Assembly (NCBI GenBank): GCA_963749915.1 | Contig: CAVVOP010000022.1 | Span: forward strand, 598,681-662,680 | Source of the DNA: an uncultured cyanobacterium | Lineage (GTDB): Bacteria > Cyanobacteriota > Cyanobacteriia > Cyanobacteriales > Cyanobacteriaceae | Direction: 5' to 3' | Length of the DNA: 64,000 nucleotides | Part shown: positions 61,670-64,000 of the stretch, in pieces | How positions within the stretch are numbered: the stretch's first letter is position 1 | Layout: each line of letters opens with the position of its first letter | The notes under the pieces: model-generated | The model's database searches: none | What the model was told of the DNA's origin: nothing | The model's input: the letters and a program-made list of their open reading frames with translations, nothing else | Position numbers and translations under genes: made by a program

Positions 61670-63175
61670 ATGAAAAAAATCCTCATACTCGCATCTAACC
61701 CCCGCAAAGACCTCAACCTCGACGATGAAATAAGGCTGCTGAGAGATGTAGTCGATCGATCCCGCGATCGCGATCAATTTGAGATTGTCAGTGAACCGGG
61801 AGTAAAAGTTGGGGATTTACAGGGGCTACTACTTCGGCACGAACCACAAATTGTACATTTTTGTGGGCATGGGGGTGGCGAGGAAGGGTTAATCTTCAAA
61901 ATGGAGGGAGGAGGCGAACAGTGGGTACGAGCAGATGCACTGGCTGGTATGTTTAAGCTAAATCCCATCTGTAGCCACGTTAAGTGTGTGTTGCTCAACG
62001 CCTGTTATTCAGAAGAACAAGCCAACGTTATTGTGAGCGGTATTAATTATGTAGTTGGCATGAGCCATGAAATTCAAGATGACGCAGCAATTGCCTTCTC
62101 AAAGGGGTTCTATTTAGCGTTAGGCTACGGATGTTCGATCGATGATGCGTTTGAGTTTGGCAAAAATGCAATTCAGTTAGAGATTTCGGGCAGTTCTAAG
62201 AAACGATCGGCGATATCTGAAGTGCAACGCCAGATGGAGGTGATTGATGCAGTGAAAAACACCCCAATTCCCGAACATTTAAAGCCAATTCTCAAAAAGA
62301 AGGCCACCCTAACCTCAGATTCAAGTCCTAATACTCTCTCTCAGGAAAAAACAGTCGAGATTCAACTGGCTATTGACAAAACATTAGAGGCAGATGACAA
62401 AGAGACAGATGCCAAAGTCAAGCAGTATCGCGATCGGGCCAGATGGTACCTAGAAGATCGAAAATTGACCGAGGTTGAGAAAATTCGGTTAAACCAGCTT
62501 CAAAAACAATTAGGACTTGACCAAAAGGAGGCAGATCGGATTTTAGAGGAGGAGCTTGCGCCAATTCATCGATCGCAGCAGAATTATCGGGAGCTACTGA
62601 ATGAACTCATTACCAGAGGTTGTTATCCATTCGATCCAACGATTCAGGAAGAGTTAAAACAGTGTCAACGAGAAGAAAATCTAACGGAGGAAGAAGTTAA
62701 CGAGATTTCACGTTCTATCCTTGAAGCCGCAGAAGCAGCCTATCAGAAAAAGCAGAGGCAGGAAGCACAACAAGCCGATGAGAATAAACGACAACGCTAC
62801 GAACAGGAGTTTATACGAGCGATTAGTGCTGGGTATCCCATAGAGGATTTAGTTCGCAGTGGTCTGAGAAATTTTCAGCATTCTTTAGGACTGAGTGATG
62901 GGGATATTGAGCGAATTGAACAACCGATTATTGCCCCCAAAGAAGTGGCATATCAACAGGAGTTAGCCGAGGCACAGCGACAAAGGGAACAAGAAGAAGA
63001 AAAGGCAAGAGAGCGATCGCAGCAACGGGAAGAGGCCGAACGGAAACGAGTGCAGGAGGAAGCAGCAAAACGAGAACAACAACGCCAGCTTGAACTCGAA
63101 CGGCAACGTCTGGAAGAAGAACGACGTGAGCGAATGAAAACGAGGCAGGGTAAATCAATCATTACAACGGTTTGA
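61670..63175 (+). CDS. CHAT domain protein with helical repeats and coiled coil (5' part of a frameshifted CHAT-FGE gene)
   Basis: KILILASNP, IVHFCGHG, VLLNACYS, F..GFY.AL..G; AAGGAG RBS; E/R/Q-rich coil. Confidence 0.88.
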   Translation: MKKILILASNPRKDLNLDDEIRLLRDVVDRSRDRDQFEIVSEPGVKVGDLQGLLLRHEPQIVHFCGHGGGEEGLIFKMEGGGEQWVRADALAGMFKLNPICSHVKCVLLNACYSEEQANVIVSGINYVVGMSHEIQDDAAIAFSKGFYLALGYGCSIDDAFEFGKNAIQLEISGSSKKRSAISEVQRQMEVIDAVKNTPIPEHLKPILKKKATLTSDSSPNTLSQEKTVEIQLAIDKTLEADDKETDAKVKQYRDRARWYLEDRKLTEVEKIRLNQLQKQLGLDQKEADRILEEELAPIHRSQQNYRELLNELITRGCYPFDPTIQEELKQCQREENLTEEEVNEISRSILEAAEAAYQKKQRQEAQQADENKRQRYEQEFIRAISAGYPIEDLVRSGLRNFQHSLGLSDGDIERIEQPIIAPKEVAYQQELAEAQRQREQEEEKARERSQQREEAERKRVQEEAAKREQQRQLELERQRLEEERRERMKTRQGKSIITTV

Positions 63176-63254
63176 ATTTGATGTCATTACCGTAGATAAA
63201 AAGGGCAGGGAAAACAGCCGCACTCGAAAGTCAGCCGAGTTCTTTGCTGAGGAT

Positions 63255-63989
63255 TTGGGGAAGGGTGTTTCCCTACACATGGTAAGGATTCCAGGGGGAA
63301 CTTTTCAGATGGGTTCCCCAGCAGGACAGGGAACAGATGAAGAGCGACCTCAACATTCTGTCACCGTGCCTTCATTTTTTATGGGAAAATACCCCATCAC
63401 CCAAGCTCAGTGGCGGGCTATGGCGGCTCTGCCTCAAGTTGAAATCCCACTCAATCCCGATCCGTCTCACTTCAAAGGTGATAATCGTCCGGTGGAACAG
63501 GTCTCTTGGGATAAGGCGGTGGAATTTTGTGAGCGTCTCTCTCGCTTTACAGGGCATCAATACCGTTTGCCCTCTGAAGCTGAATGGGAATACGCCTGTC
63601 GAGCGGGGACAACCACACCCTTCTACTTTGGCGAAACCCTGACCCCAAAGTTGGCCAGATGTAAAGCTAATTTAGGTATGGCTTTAGTTACCATGTTCAT
63701 TGGAAAAACAGCTCCCGTGGGCAGTTACTTGCCAAATGCGTTTGGACTCTATGATATGCACGGTAACGTTTGGGAATGGTGTGCCGATACTTGGCATGAA
63801 AACTATCAAGGTGCACCGACAGATGGAAGCACTTGGTTAGAAAGTGATAATGATTATCGAGTACTGCGGGGCGGTTCATGGGGCGATGATCCCCAGGTCT
63901 GCCGTTCCGCGAGCCGTTTCTGGGGTAGGCTCTTCGACCTCAGCACTTTCGGTTTTCGTGTTGCCTGGGTTTCCGGGAGGACTCTTTAA
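63255..63989 (+). CDS. FGE-sulfatase/SUMF1 (C-type lectin fold) domain; probable 3' part of the CHAT gene (frame open from 63138)
   Basis: IPGGTFQMGS, ITQAQW, RPVEQVSW, RLPSEAEWEYACRAG, NAFGLYDMHGNVWEW, RGGSW, GFRV. Confidence 0.88.
   Translation: MGKGVSLHMVRIPGGTFQMGSPAGQGTDEERPQHSVTVPSFFMGKYPITQAQWRAMAALPQVEIPLNPDPSHFKGDNRPVEQVSWDKAVEFCERLSRFTGHQYRLPSEAEWEYACRAGTTTPFYFGETLTPKLARCKANLGMALVTMFIGKTAPVGSYLPNAFGLYDMHGNVWEWCADTWHENYQGAPTDGSTWLESDNDYRVLRGGSWGDDPQVCRSASRFWGRLFDLSTFGFRVAWVSGRTL
63864..63989 (+). other. Candidate DGR variable region (VR)
   Basis: Between RGGSW and GFRV, 13 of 23 codons end in C and none in A; non-Asn residues occupy positions expected to derive from AAY codons of a template repeat. 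Confidence 0.6.
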
Positions 63990-64000
63990 CCTTTTATTCC

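Noticed and set aside
114..63879. Many 60-134 aa ORFs nested in or antisense to long genes (e.g. 3108-3440, 9408-9794, 32455-32859, 63337-63642)
   Set aside because: Shadow frames of well-supported genes with no independent motifs
58015..64000. Gasdermin, CRISPR type III, or DGR reverse transcriptase/template within the locus
   Set aside because: No such motifs seen and no second copy of the VR sequence in the window; they could lie beyond 64000

Overview
AT-rich cyanobacterial chromosome segment. HIP1 octamers, heptamer STRRs and psaL/psaI/psbA/ndhN identify the phylum; the PsaL and D1 style suggests a unicellular Cyanobacterium/Geminocystis-like strain (inference). Bases 1-57.9 kb are mostly housekeeping: infC, argJ-aroK, purL, dnaJ-tusA-rsgA, a PpiC-HlyB-HlyD type I secretion cluster, glgA, psaL and psaI (psaI is missed by the ORF track), hflX, rbfA, a cynABDS cyanate operon with an NtcA box, murQ, hemF, psbA, menE, ndhN, mraY, natB, gloA, hemW, tRNA-Asn(GTT) and an intron-less tRNA-Leu(TAA). 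Smaller items are a 201-bp IS630-derived MITE beside a truncated arsR, degenerate RecJ and serine-recombinase paralogues, and a probable sRNA at about 52.2-52.4 kb. The most interesting part is the last 6 kb, a tight operon of an alpha/beta-hydrolase (lipase/LCAT-like), a caspase-family protease, and a CHAT protease fused (across a 1-nt frameshift) to an FGE/C-type-lectin domain. The last ~40 codons of that domain look like a diversity-generating retroelement (DGR) variable region. Shared (T/V/I)-R-G motifs in the lipase linker and the caspase suggest a hypervariable sensor -> protease cascade -> lipase effector system. This is a hypothesis: no DGR template or reverse transcriptase is visible in the window. 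All calls come from motif recognition only; no database searches were run.
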